Origin: Octopus bimaculoides | Taxonomy: Eukaryota | Reading direction: 5' to 3' | Length of the DNA stretch: 64,000 nt | Assembly: GCF_001194135.2 (NCBI RefSeq) | Contig: NC_068989.1 | Span: 38,268,046 to 38,332,045 of the forward strand | Part shown: positions 25,321-37,175 of the stretch, piece after piece | Layout of the letters: each line of letters starts with the position of its first letter | Numbering within the stretch: position 1 is the stretch's first letter | Made by a program: the position numbers and the translations under genes | The notes under the pieces: model-generated | What the model was told of the DNA's origin: nothing | Seen by the model: only the letters and a program-made list of their open reading frames with translations | Databases searched by the model: none

Positions 25321-27409
25321 GAAGCAAAGTTTAACAAAGAGCCTCTGTGTGTGTGTGTGTGTGTGGACTGTTTGAACTTATTTCACTGAACAACTAAGCT
25401 CTTCTATCATTTTACATATTCACACTTTTTGTAGTTGTAAATATGTGTATATCTATGAACAATTTGTTAACTGTATGTTTGTATATGAAATGTACACATA
25501 TCCATATATGTACGCATATTTGGAATATATATAGGTGTGTGTGTGCATAGTGAATAAGTTTATATGTGTGTATTTAATACAAATACATTTAGCTCCACTG
25601 TTTGTATAGATCATATGATTAAATCTTAGGGTTCTTTCTGCAGATGAACAACTTGACTAGTTTTCTCAGGTTGTAATTCTTTAGCTTGATCTACTGGGAA
25701 GGCAATGTCGTTAAACCATAGCGTCTATTTGCACAGCAAAGCTGATTGTTTGAGTGTGTGTGTGTGTGTGTGGGGGGGGGGGTGATGAGATCAAATGAAA
25801 TTTCGATACAGAATTTTATTATTTGCAATCTATTATATATAAGAACAAACATGATATCCTCTAGTCAGTTGTTCGATTTTTTTCTTATGACAAAAAATAT
25901 TAGTATTATGCTTAATATCTTGAATGTAGTTTCTCCCCATCAAATTTGAATTTGGCTTTCACATATTATGACAAGAACCAATCTTGTATTGGATCCTTTC
26001 AATTTGTGATACCTTATTACATAGGTTTGTGACCTTCAGTCCATATTAGATCTTGCTTGGACTTTGTAGCAAATCTAATTCTTCTAGTGTTGCATATTGG
26101 AAATTGAGAAATTTGCAAATTGCAGTTGCTGAAATTGTTTCCTTTGCCTTTATGTATAGTAATGGTTTGTGTATTCTATCAAATGATTGCAAAGTAGTAG
26201 TTTGGTTTTTTTTTAAATTGGCAGTAATCTTTGCAGGCCACTCTGAATCCTTTTGAGATTGGTCTCCTATCTTTAATGATTTAGAAAACCTCAGTGCGGT
26301 GAAAGTCATCATTCTTGGCTATTTCGTAAGCTGTTTTATAGGCAATGCTTGTAGAAATGTCACTTGCATTTAATACGGCTTTTTAGTAGAGACTGAAATG
26401 AGATAACAAAATTATGGTTAAATCAGAAGGATTCCTCTATAATTGTTACACAAGAAAATATATTTGATCCAATATCATACAAAATATTAACATGTATTGG
26501 AAACAAAAAGATGCTTATTCTCTGCTAATATTTTGAATACTGTATTTTTGGGCATTCAAGTTGACATAGCGTATAGTGTAAATAGTCAAACATCATCACT
26601 ATCTTTTCAAATTCTGCTGTATTTCACATGCAATTTTTGATCCTCTGAAGTCATCTTGATGTGTAAGCCAACATACCTGTTTTAACTGTAAATTTTGGTC
26701 TGAAAACTTTAACTTATATGCTCAGAAATATGGTATATGTCTTGTACCACTTTTATAACCACCAACATATATCAGGAAGTATATGTGTGAACACATATTA
26801 CGTTCTATTGTTTGTATAACTGATTAGGTTTTGCATACATATTATACAAATAACACTGGAAAACTGACTCCACCTACTTGAACAATTTTGGACACACCAA
26901 ACAGAACTTACAAGGAAATATTCAAACTACCAAATCAGTGTAAAAAGTGGCAACAAACAGTGGCATATAATTTTTTAATGATTGAATATGTTAGATAATC
27001 AGAATGGTAGCTGGCACTTGGAATATTCTACAACATTTTAGATACACTTTATTGATTTTAAGAGGCTTCTGGTGATTATTAATATTTTCAAAAGAAAATT
27101 TTCATAAACATTTGCTCTATTGAATATATTTTAAACATTCCTAATTAATTTCTTATTTTAATTTAGATAATTTAATACAGTTAAACAAATATATAAAGCG
27201 TGCAATACTGTTTGTTTCAAAAATTTTTCCCCTAAAGATTTCCTAGTAATTTTTAATAATTTTACTGATTAAATTTGGATATAAAATTGTTCATTTAAAT
27301 CTGCCTCTAGTTCTTGTTCGATCAGGAAATATTTTGCAACTATTGCAGCAGATTATGCTGCAAAATACTGTCTTTCTCTTTTGCGGTATATATATATATA
27401 TATATATAG

Positions 27410-27823
27410 TTCAAATATGCAGAAAAGAAAAGACAAAGACAGGTGAGGGAACAACAAGTAGGTGTATTAGTTTGATGCTTGGGAAGAATGGAAAAGTCTT
27501 TGACATTTAGAGCTACACTCTTTGAAAGGGAGAATGAGAGGAAATAAACTGAGAGAGAAAAAATGTGTCAGGATTAATGGTTTAACATGATGAAATGACT
27601 GGAAGAAAGAAGTCGAGTGAAGGAGAGAACTGGGGTGTAGCAAGTATGTGTGTGTGTATGTGAGTTTGTGCAGGGGCAAGTGCATGTGTATGTATGGGCA
27701 GACATTTCATCATGTTGAACCATTAATCCATACACATTTTTTCTCTCAACATTTTTTTCATTCTCTCTCCACTTTTTTTTTGTCCTCTGTCTTTTCTATC
27801 GAAGAACATAGGCTTGAAATGTG
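27410..27823. mobile_element. Old palindromic element P4 with degenerate hammerhead-like remnants in both arms
   Basis: 45-bp inverted repeat, 27553-27597 versus 27703-27747, with about 3 mismatches. Plus-strand remnant CTATCGA AGAAC-ATAG-GCTT GAAAT GTG at 27796-27823 is mirrored by a minus-strand remnant at about 27498-27530. Confidence 0.6.
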
Positions 27824-28949
27824 TTCTGTGGTGGTAAAAGAATAAGTTTCAGCATCATGTCTGTTCTATAAAGTTGCTGTGTTTCACTGCAAATAGTTTT
27901 AAATATTACTCAGATGTATTACTGGCATTCTATGTTTTTGTTGCTCTTACGGATTTGTAGAGGCTGTAAAATTGCTTGATTTACATTCAAAATTCATTAA
28001 GTAGTCATATTCCTTAATTGTTAAACGTTTTCAGTGGAGATGAATGGAGGTGCTAATTTTCTTCATTATTTTTTAATGTTAGTAATTGTTTACCTTTTCA
28101 CAATGTCTATTTCTTACATCAAGCACCAGAAGAGAAATAGGAAATTCACAAAAGTTAAATTGCGCCATATAATATAAACCATACACCTAACACAACAATG
28201 ACTTGAATAATTACTCTGCTCACTGTACAACTGCAACAACTAATCAGAAAGTTTCTACATAGTCAACTTACCTATCAAAATACAAGCAAAATCTACCTCA
28301 AATAACTCCATATTCATTTAAAAAAAAAAAGATAAAGAGCAGTGTAGTCCTAAGATGTGATGGCCATGGCTAGACTACTTTTCATCACAGGTTTACTCAA
28401 AGTTATCTAAAACTAAACAACAATAATTATTACTGTTTTATGAATACTCCTGGATTACTACACATGGCATGTACTAGAAGCATTATTCAGAAACCTTACA
28501 CAAACATATAATGGCGTCAATGATTTGTATATGCTTTGAAGCATATATATATATATATATATATATATAACACTAAAAAACAAATCCATCATTCTAACTA
28601 CTATCGTCACCAGTCTTTCTTTCGATTCCATTTCTCACTTCATTGTCATACACCAAATATTAAATATCTTATGAAACAATGCAAAATGATTGTTACTAAC
28701 CTATTTTTAAGTTACCAACTCTTTTGAGTTTGCAACTGCTTGATCTTCCTTCACATTCACACAAATGCAAATCATATGCAAATTCCAGCTCAATTCTTTC
28801 CTTCAGGAATAAGATTGAAAATATGTCTTCTTAACATAACAAGATATCATGAAATACAACCTGTGACACCAGCATTACAACACATGACAAAAATATTAGG
28901 GCTCACTTGCAAAACTTCTGCATGCTCTCCACACATAGAAGTCATGGAA

Positions 28950-29900
28950 AAGAAAGCAAAACAATGCACAAATATATTTAGAGCATTATGATCATCACAT
29001 TTAACAACAAATTGTGTGCAAACAATACATAAAATCCAGGACTGATTATACCAAACTCCAACTTTCCTTAAATCTTGACAATAATCCACAAAGAAACTAC
29101 AGAATGATTGAAATTACAGACAACGCACATAGACCAAAAATAGAAAATAGCCTTAGTCTTAAACATTGTTCAGATGCCCACCAACAATAAGTGCAGAGGA
29201 ACAGTAACCATTGCAGTTTGATTGAATCCTCTTTGTGTCTGCCTTTAATCTGAACATTGCTAGTATCTACAAATGCACAAGTATTTTCTGGATTGTTAAA
29301 AGGTTAAAATACGTCGAGACAGTCATTATGCAGCACTAACCAAAATATATTATAATGTGCAATGTTGTCTTTAACAAGGTAGCAGTCATGGTATATTTAC
29401 AACACTACATCCAAGAGTTGCACTTGATTTGCTTAACCAGAGTACTATGAGACTGTTCACTCCAAGCTGACCAGGGATTACATAATATCGTTATGATGTC
29501 CCCCACCATCATCATTCTAACTTACACATGTTTCTCCTATATATTTCTGTGTTGCTTCAGACTAAATGGATTTGAAGGAACATTTCTCTCCATTTGCCAA
29601 TTATTGATGCTGTAATAATTTCTATGATACTATTCTCCCCATTGATACAATATCCTATTTCAATAACTGAATCACGCTTTATACATTGCCATAAAATTAT
29701 ATCTATGGTTGTATCTGTGTAGACAATATCCCTAATTTGATAACTCAGTCATTATTTATGCCTCTGAGGTGTAAATAATTTCCCACTCCTATTAGAGTGC
29801 CATACTGGATATTTGGCAGGCCGAAGTTCAGAAGTAGTCGCTCAAAGACAACATGCTAGCCATAAAATGATTTTATATTTCTTTTAAAGTACATAAATAC
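28950..29900 (-). mobile_element. Possible very old Helitron Pif1-helicase remnant
   Basis: Broken minus-strand frames give, in expected order, NFGLP, YK.RDSVI, MMVGDIITILCN (cf. LKVG.IIMLLRN), CQDLRKVGVW (cf. GQTLKKVGIY) and SPGFYV (cf. SHGQLYV). Judged by eye; weak. Confidence 0.3.
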
Positions 29901-30958
29901 AGTAATAATATAATTGAATTATTCTGTGGTTATCTAAATTTATGCTGTATTCAGAAAATATTTATCTGTGATATTCAAAATGTTGGGGTAATATTTCTTT
30001 CATAGTATTCAGCACTCAATATGTCACTCTCTTGAATTGGAATCTTTCCTGAATTGGCTATACCTTTTATTTTGCCATTCTTCCTATTCATTATTTCTGT
30101 TCACATAACAATTACGTTTTTGATAATACTCTTAGGCTATGGTAAATCCGTATGTTGATATCAGCATCAATTTTTGTATATTCCATCTTTTGTTTCTATG
30201 ATTAAATTCTTATTTCAGTTGCTATACATACAACTATTTTCTATTACTGCAGCAATAAGTTCTATATCAATAGATCCAATGCTATATAATTATTTCAAGC
30301 AGCTCTAGCAATGTATTGCTGTGTAATCACTTCTTATAAATCTTATTCATATGTTTGTAATGATTTCAGCTATTTCTGTATTTTTGTTGAAAATTCTGCC
30401 AAGGCAAACATACAAAAAGATTTAGCAATCATTATCAAACAGAATTTAGGTACAGAAAATAAGAAAACATGAGACACAAAATGGCTTTTTTTTCCCCCTA
30501 ACATTTAAGAGAACAATGCAGCTGCATCTCATTAACTGAAGAAATGTTCCTTGCAACACCTTAAAGGGATAAATCTTTCGACAGTCATTTCATTTTAAAA
30601 CTAACACAAAAAGCACTACAACATTAAAAATAAATATCAGTGTGTTGTGAAATTAGAAAATTAAAGCTTTCGTTTTGTCTTTAGCTTTTTAAAAGGCAAG
30701 TGAAGATGGATAAAGTATAGTTAAGAGAATAGATTCCTCTCAGTTTAATGAGATGTGAATGAAATTTCCCAATATTCAAGTGCAATATAATGACAACATT
30801 TTAAATGCACTTATTTTCTTTTTTAGTTGGCTTTTAAATTTTCATCTGAACGTGTGGTTGTGTTTTTATCCTTTTCTCATTTCTCCTGATTTAAGAAAAT
30901 GTAGGCATGGATGAACATTTTGTCACATGTACACATGTATACAAACACACGTGTGCAT

Positions 30959-31020
<62 letters not shown>

Positions 31021-31413
31021 GCACACACATAAAGTGCAGACATAACTATGTGGTTAAATTTCCTTCCCATCCATATGATTTTTGGGTTAGCCTGGAACCT
31101 TGGGCAGGTGTCTTTTGCTACAGGTCCAGGCTGAACTATGACTTGTGAGTAGATTCGGAATACAGAAACTAAAAGACCATCGTGTGTGTGTGTATGTTGT
31201 ATGTGTATGTATGTATTTGTAAGTTCATGTCTTACCCACTTTTGTCAAAGATAAAAAAAAGGATGAGAGAAGTTTAGTGATAGGGGTGGGGAAAGTCTGA
31301 GGTTCTTAGCAAAGAACAATGTGGGGGTTGACAGTAGATATGAGAAGGTGAAACATATATGTATATGGGAAGTATTGAGAATGACGTGTGTGCGTATGTG
31401 TGTGTGTGTGTGT

Positions 31414-31723
31414 GGAGGTGCAATGGCCCACTGGTTAGGGCAGCGGACTCACGGTCAGAGGATCGTGGTTTCGATTCCCAGACCGAGCGTTGTGTGTGTT
31501 TATTGAGCAAAAACACCTAAAAGCTCCATGAGGCTCCAGCAGGGGTGGTGGTGACCCCTGTTGTACTTTTTCACTCCAACTTTCTCTCACCCTTTCTTCC
31601 TGTTTCTTGAGTAAAACTGCGATGGACTGGCATCCTGTCCAGCTGGGGGGAACACATATGCCATAGAAACCGGGAAACTGGGTCCCTGAGCTTGGCTAGG
31701 CTTTAAAAGTGTGCATAAATAAA
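31414..31723 (+). mobile_element. tRNA-derived SINE, family C (V-domain-like)
   Basis: A box TGGCCCACTGG and B box GGTTTCGATTCC. Internal GCGATGGACTGGCATCCTGTCCAG resembles the V-SINE domain as I recall it. Confidence 0.75.
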
Positions 31724-31772
31724 TTTTTTTTTAAATGTATATTTATATATATATATACACACACATATATAT

Positions 31773-31962
31773 ATTGATTTCAAATTTTGGCACAAGGCCA
31801 GCAATTTAGAGTGAGTTGGGTAAGTTGATTACATCAACCCCAGTGGAAGGATGAAAGACAAAGTCGACCTCAGCTGGATTTGAACTCAGAATGTAAAGAT
31901 AGGTGAAATTGCACTAAGCATTTTAGCCTGGCATGCTAATGATTCTGTCAGCTCACCACCTT
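31773..31962 (-). mobile_element. SINE family B with an internal deletion
   Basis: Reverse complement matches family B but lacks the GTCGATAAA..GTACCAG segment. Confidence 0.8.
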
Positions 31963-32003
<41 letters not shown>

Positions 32004-32979
32004 AATGTCAAACCCACTTTACTGCCTCTCCTCATTTTGCATTATAGGCATCATCTTTTGTCATGGGTACCATCTTTTTTCTTGGCTATATGATAAAATA
32101 ATAACTTGGTAAGGGCTTCTATTTTTATGACACATCTGTAGCTCTCTGGCAATTGTAGCTATTGTCCAGACCTCTGTTATTGCTCATCAAATAGTCCAAT
32201 GTTTACATACATTATAAGTATGGCTGTCGATCTTTGCTCTTAGAAATGTGTATGTTATTCAGTGTTTCCTTTTTTAAGACTGCAAGATGCAAGTGAAGTT
32301 TTGACTGCTATTTTTGTTAGCTCATGAAAACACACACAAGCTTCTTTGTTGACTTGTTTGGCAATTCTATTTGGTCTTGATAATTAAAACATTAATACTA
32401 GTTTTGAGGCTGAGCAGATATAGATTTATCTTCTGAATTATGCAGCTATTTTAATTTCTATTCATTTCACTAATATGTACAATAGGTGGAGTTTAAGACA
32501 CTGATTCTCAAGCTTCTAGAGCTTAGCACTTTTTCACTGAATGATGTTTCATAACTGTACTCATTGCAATATTTTGTAGAAAAAGTAATTGAACACAACA
32601 TATTACTTTAATCAATCAGAAACTAATTTTACAATTATTTATTATTCATAATTTTTATACTATCTCTTCCAGCATGCACCACTTTTCAGATATATGCAGG
32701 GATTTGTGCCCCCTATTTTAAATTTTTCTGGAATTAGTAAAGAAAGTGGAAACTTTGTTCATTTATTTGTTTTTGTGTCTGTTTTCCATGCTTGCATGGG
32801 TTGGACAAATGAATTATTTGAACCAATGTTTTACTGTCAGATGCTCTTCTTAATGCTAATGTTAACTATTTTTCATGTAAGGGATCTCTTATCCCCAATG
32901 GCTTGAAAGCATGAAGTGAGTATCCAATTTGATGACAGGAAAAACTAACACACCACCACCTTCCACACTTTCTTACATG

Positions 32980-33540
32980 TGATTGCAAATGTAAATAAGT
33001 ATGCATGCAGGTACACACACACATGCACACGTTTATACATGATGACCTTCTTTCAGGTTTTACCTACCAAATCCACTCAAGGCTTTAATCAGCTCAGTGT
33101 TAAAGCAAAAGGTGCTTTCCCAAAGAGCCATGTGGAAGGATTGAACCTCAAACCACATGGCTGGGAAGTGAACTTCTCTGCTATACAACCATCCCTTTAT
33201 CTCTATTTTTTTATTCGTTTCAGTCATTAGATTGTAACCATGCTGGGGCACTGCCTTGAAGAATTCTTTAGTTGAATGAATTCACCCCAGTACTTATTTT
33301 TTTTATAAGCTTGGTATTTATTTTATTGGTCTATTTTGCTGAGCTGCAGAGTCATGGGGATGCAAACACATCAACACTGGTTGTCAAGTGGTGGTAGTGG
33401 GACAGACACAAAGACACACACACATGCATGGCAGGTTTCTTTCTGTTTCCATCTACCAAATCCACCCACAAGGCTTTGGTCAGCTTGAGACTATAGCAGA
33501 AGACACTTGCCCAATGTGCAACACAGTAGGACTGAACAGC
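32980..33540 (-). mobile_element. Two adjacent family-A SINE copies (about 32980-33200 and 33215-33540)
   Basis: Both contain the reverse complement of GGATTTGGTAG(A)..GAAAC and the CORE-like region. Confidence 0.7.
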
Positions 33541-34346
33541 TATTTCTAGCATTGCACCTACATCTTGTCTAACAAAATTTCACAGGACATTGGCACATTG
33601 TCAGTCATGTTTCTGCTCCTTGATTATACAATGTCCAGCTCGTTTTAATCCTGATGAAAATGTGTTTAAAATATTAGTACTGTATCTGGTTTTAATATTT
33701 TACTTCTAAGAAAAAATTATGACTCTCTGAAACATCCAGTACCCTCTATAATGCTCTTTTGACATTTGTCACCCCACTGTAAGCTCTGAATATCACCAAA
33801 GGTGTACTATGTCCAGGGTTAAAAACAACTGTTTTAAGATTATATGGTTTGTGTAAAATAGCTTACTATTTTGAATATTTTGATAACAGCAGAAGTGATT
33901 AAAATGAATGAATCTGACACAATCATCTTTACAGACCTTTTCTATTTAGTACATCAAACACTGTTTCATATAGTGCTTTTCATTTTACTATATAGTATAT
34001 GTTAATACTATGAACATCTCCCCACATAAATCACTTAAATATATTTGTATTTGTCATGGAACAAAGATCATGTTGTGGAACCTGTCATTTTTTTTTCTTT
34101 GTTACAGAGAAGTAAACAGAGTTGATTAACTGAGGTTAGTATATTCCTGGTAATTGTCTGATCACGCACATTCAGGAAAGACAAAATTCAGACTTTGGAA
34201 TCTGAATGATGCATGAAATTATGTCTATCAGATCGTCTCAGTATTTTCATAGCTTAACCCCTGCCTCCATTATAACAATAAAATATTGCTGCTGCTGCTA
34301 TTCCCACCACCACCACAATAATAACAATAATCAATATTCAGTGGCT

Positions 34347-34565
34347 GAGGCAGCAGGCTGGCAGAATTATTAGCATGCCAGGTGAAATGTTTAATGTCAT
34401 TTTGTCTGTCTTCATGTTCCGAGTTCAAATTCTGCTGAGGTCTACTTTGCAATTCATCCTTTTAGGGTCAATAAAATAAGTACCGGTTGAGTACTGGGGT
34501 GAATGTAATTGACTTACCCATCCCCCAAAATTGTTGGCCTTGTGCCAAAATTTGATGTCAATATT
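34347..34565 (+). mobile_element. SINE family B
   Basis: GAGGCAGCAGGCTGGCAGAAT head, family-B core and tail. Confidence 0.85.
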
Positions 34566-36572
34566 CTGTTGGTGGCTGTACATGTAATGCTGTATCTTAC
34601 CATGTTGTAATGTCTACTCTTTTATGCTTACAAGGGTCAGGCATGAATATACACTCAGACTCTCACTCTCTCTCACACTCAGACACATACATACACACAT
34701 TCACATATATAAAACAGTCTTCTTTGATTTGCCCTCAGCCATATTTCATTCACAAATTATTGGTCAACCTGTGGAAATAGAAGACAACAGCCTACAACAT
34801 TCATGTAGCAAAACCAAACTCCAAATCGAAACAGTTCTGAAGCAAACTTCTTAACCACATAGCTATGTCTGTGCCAGTAACTATGGAAGAAAACTGAAAA
34901 ACGATCTATTTATTATAGTTCAAGCATCTACAAAAAAAAAAAAAAAAAAAAAAAAAAAATGAATCAAGCCATTACAGTAAAGGGTTTTCATTGGCATGGC
35001 ATTGGTTGTGGCATGATGTACTCACAGACATTGATTCTGAGACACAAAGACCTTCTACATGTTATTTTCTTATGTCTTTGGAATGATATATGACTCTGGA
35101 ATGATGAGGTTAATGATGTAAAACTTCCATAATATATTTGATTTATTTATATTATTGTCAAGACAATTTGATTGAATATATAAATACTTAAAATTAAGTT
35201 TAGTATATTCACTGGTTTAGACCATTTGGACCATGGCCATTCTAGAACATAACCTCCAAGTGTTTAGTTGTCCATTTCAATTACAGTTCTTATTTTAAGG
35301 TCTGATACATATTTTACTGTTTGTTGAGCCAATAAGTTATGGGACATAAACAGTACTAGTTTTTAAGCAGTGTGAATATAAACATAGATAGATATATATA
35401 TAGATGTACATAGCTGTATGGGTATGAAGTTTGTGTTGTAACAACACTGTCTTGAGTTCTATTTCACAGTGTGGCACCTTGGGTAAATATCTTCTACTGT
35501 AGTCTTGGGCTGAATAATGATGACAATGAATATTACAAGCTAAAATATCAAATATTTGGTCAAAAGTTCCCTTATAATCAAGTGGTATGGCTTAAAGATC
35601 AACTATATATATTACATGGAACAGAAAATATGGTCAATACTTCTGCTTTTCAAATTTTCTTTAAATATTTGTTTACATGCTGAACATCTACTTGTGAATC
35701 TTATAGTAAAGTAAACAAGTCAGATGTTAAATATTAATGAAGATGAAGACATAATGGTGATCTCCAAGATGACAGATCCAACAATTTCTAGCAGATGATT
35801 TCAATGATTTCCATTACAGATGCTTGAAGTAAAACTTAAGATCATTGGCTGTCCTCCCCCACCCTTTCTTTTATGACTAAAATATAAAAATGTTATATAA
35901 TCAGTCATAAAAAACACCCATTCATACATATATACACACATATCTATATTCATCCACCTACCTACCTATCTATTTGTCAGTCTGTGTGTCTGTCTGGCTA
36001 GATAGACAGATAGATAGGCAGGTAGACAGAGACACACACACACAAGAAGAGAAACCAAATGGTTTTACTAGTAATTGTGGGGTACACTATTAATCTTGGC
36101 CTATAGATTTGGCAGTATTAAAAGACTTCATCCATTTTTGTTAAACTAGGAGAAAGTCTGAGGTAAGCACCAGATCATCAGAGTAAAGCTAAATTTTAGG
36201 AGGTATTTGTGAGAGCTTGGAATATGTTCAGCCATTACACACACAGACACACACACATAATTCTTATGCATATCAGTCCATTCACATATAGCAGATTACC
36301 TTGTGCACACACCTACATATGCATGTACATAGGCAAGTTTACTGTCTTACATGATTCACACACACTCAGTGTTAATGGTGATGAGTCATACCTCCTTTGA
36401 CACTTCTATCAATTTTAGCACACTGGTTCAGTGTTAACAGCACTTCAGTCTTATTTGATTACTTGTATCTGTCTTATTTTCATCAACTTTTTAGGTCAGT
36501 CCAAGTTAGTACTGATTGGAGAGATTTATCATCAAAAAGAATTCAAGCCATAACCATCTCATCTGTTTCATT

Positions 36573-36612
36573 CAATATAGATCAAGGTGCATTAACACCT
36601 TGATCTATATTG
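36573..36612. repeat. Perfect 17-bp inverted repeat with a 6-nt loop
   Basis: CAATATAGATCAAGGTG-CATTAA-CACCTTGATCTATATTG. Confidence 0.9.
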
Positions 36613-36847
36613 TCTGATATATCTGGGTTATAAGACTGTGAGGAGTTGGTGAGGGATTTAGCTGTTATTTCTAACAAGGCAAGTGATTATACTCAGCTCT
36701 CTTCTTCATTAGCTCATTCTCTATTAAGGTAATTGTTTCCAGAATGGTGGAGTGGGGGGAGTAAACTCATGTTGAATAAAACCTGATATGTTTTCACTGC
36801 CAGGCTGAAGTTACATTTTACTTTATTTGCATTAAAAGGCCACTCTT

Positions 36848-37175
36848 GTGTACTCATTTATTTGCAAAAGAAAACCACTTTTGTGTGCTCTCTTTATTTG
36901 CAACAGAAGGCTCTTCAGTGTACACTCTCTATTTGCTGTAGAGGGTCACTCTTATGTACTGCCTTTATATGCAATTGAAAACTACTACGATATATACTTT
37001 TTCTATCTGCAAGAGAAACTTACTTCACTGTACTCCTTATTTGCAGGAGAAGATTACTCCAGTATATTCTATTTACACCAAAAAGCCACTCTGTTGTACT
37101 CTCTTTTTATTTGTAACTAAAATCCACCCCAGTGTACTCTATTTATTTGCAATAAAAGGTCAATAGCATACTTTC
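36848..37175 (+). repeat. Degenerate minisatellite, unit about 32-38 bp, about 9-10 copies
   Basis: Recurrent GTACTC..TTATTTGCA..AGAA..C(A)CT(C)T..GT units. Confidence 0.75.

Noticed and set aside
32048-32108. 61-nt phase 1-2 exon candidate (IIFCHGYHLFSWLYDKIIT)
   Set aside because: Could follow the 24 kb candidate in phase, but joining it to the next acceptor candidate creates TGA. No homology recognised.
34108-34134. 27-nt segment with a strong acceptor and GTTAGT donor
   Set aside because: Stops in all three frames. It could only be a UTR or non-coding exon, with no supporting evidence.
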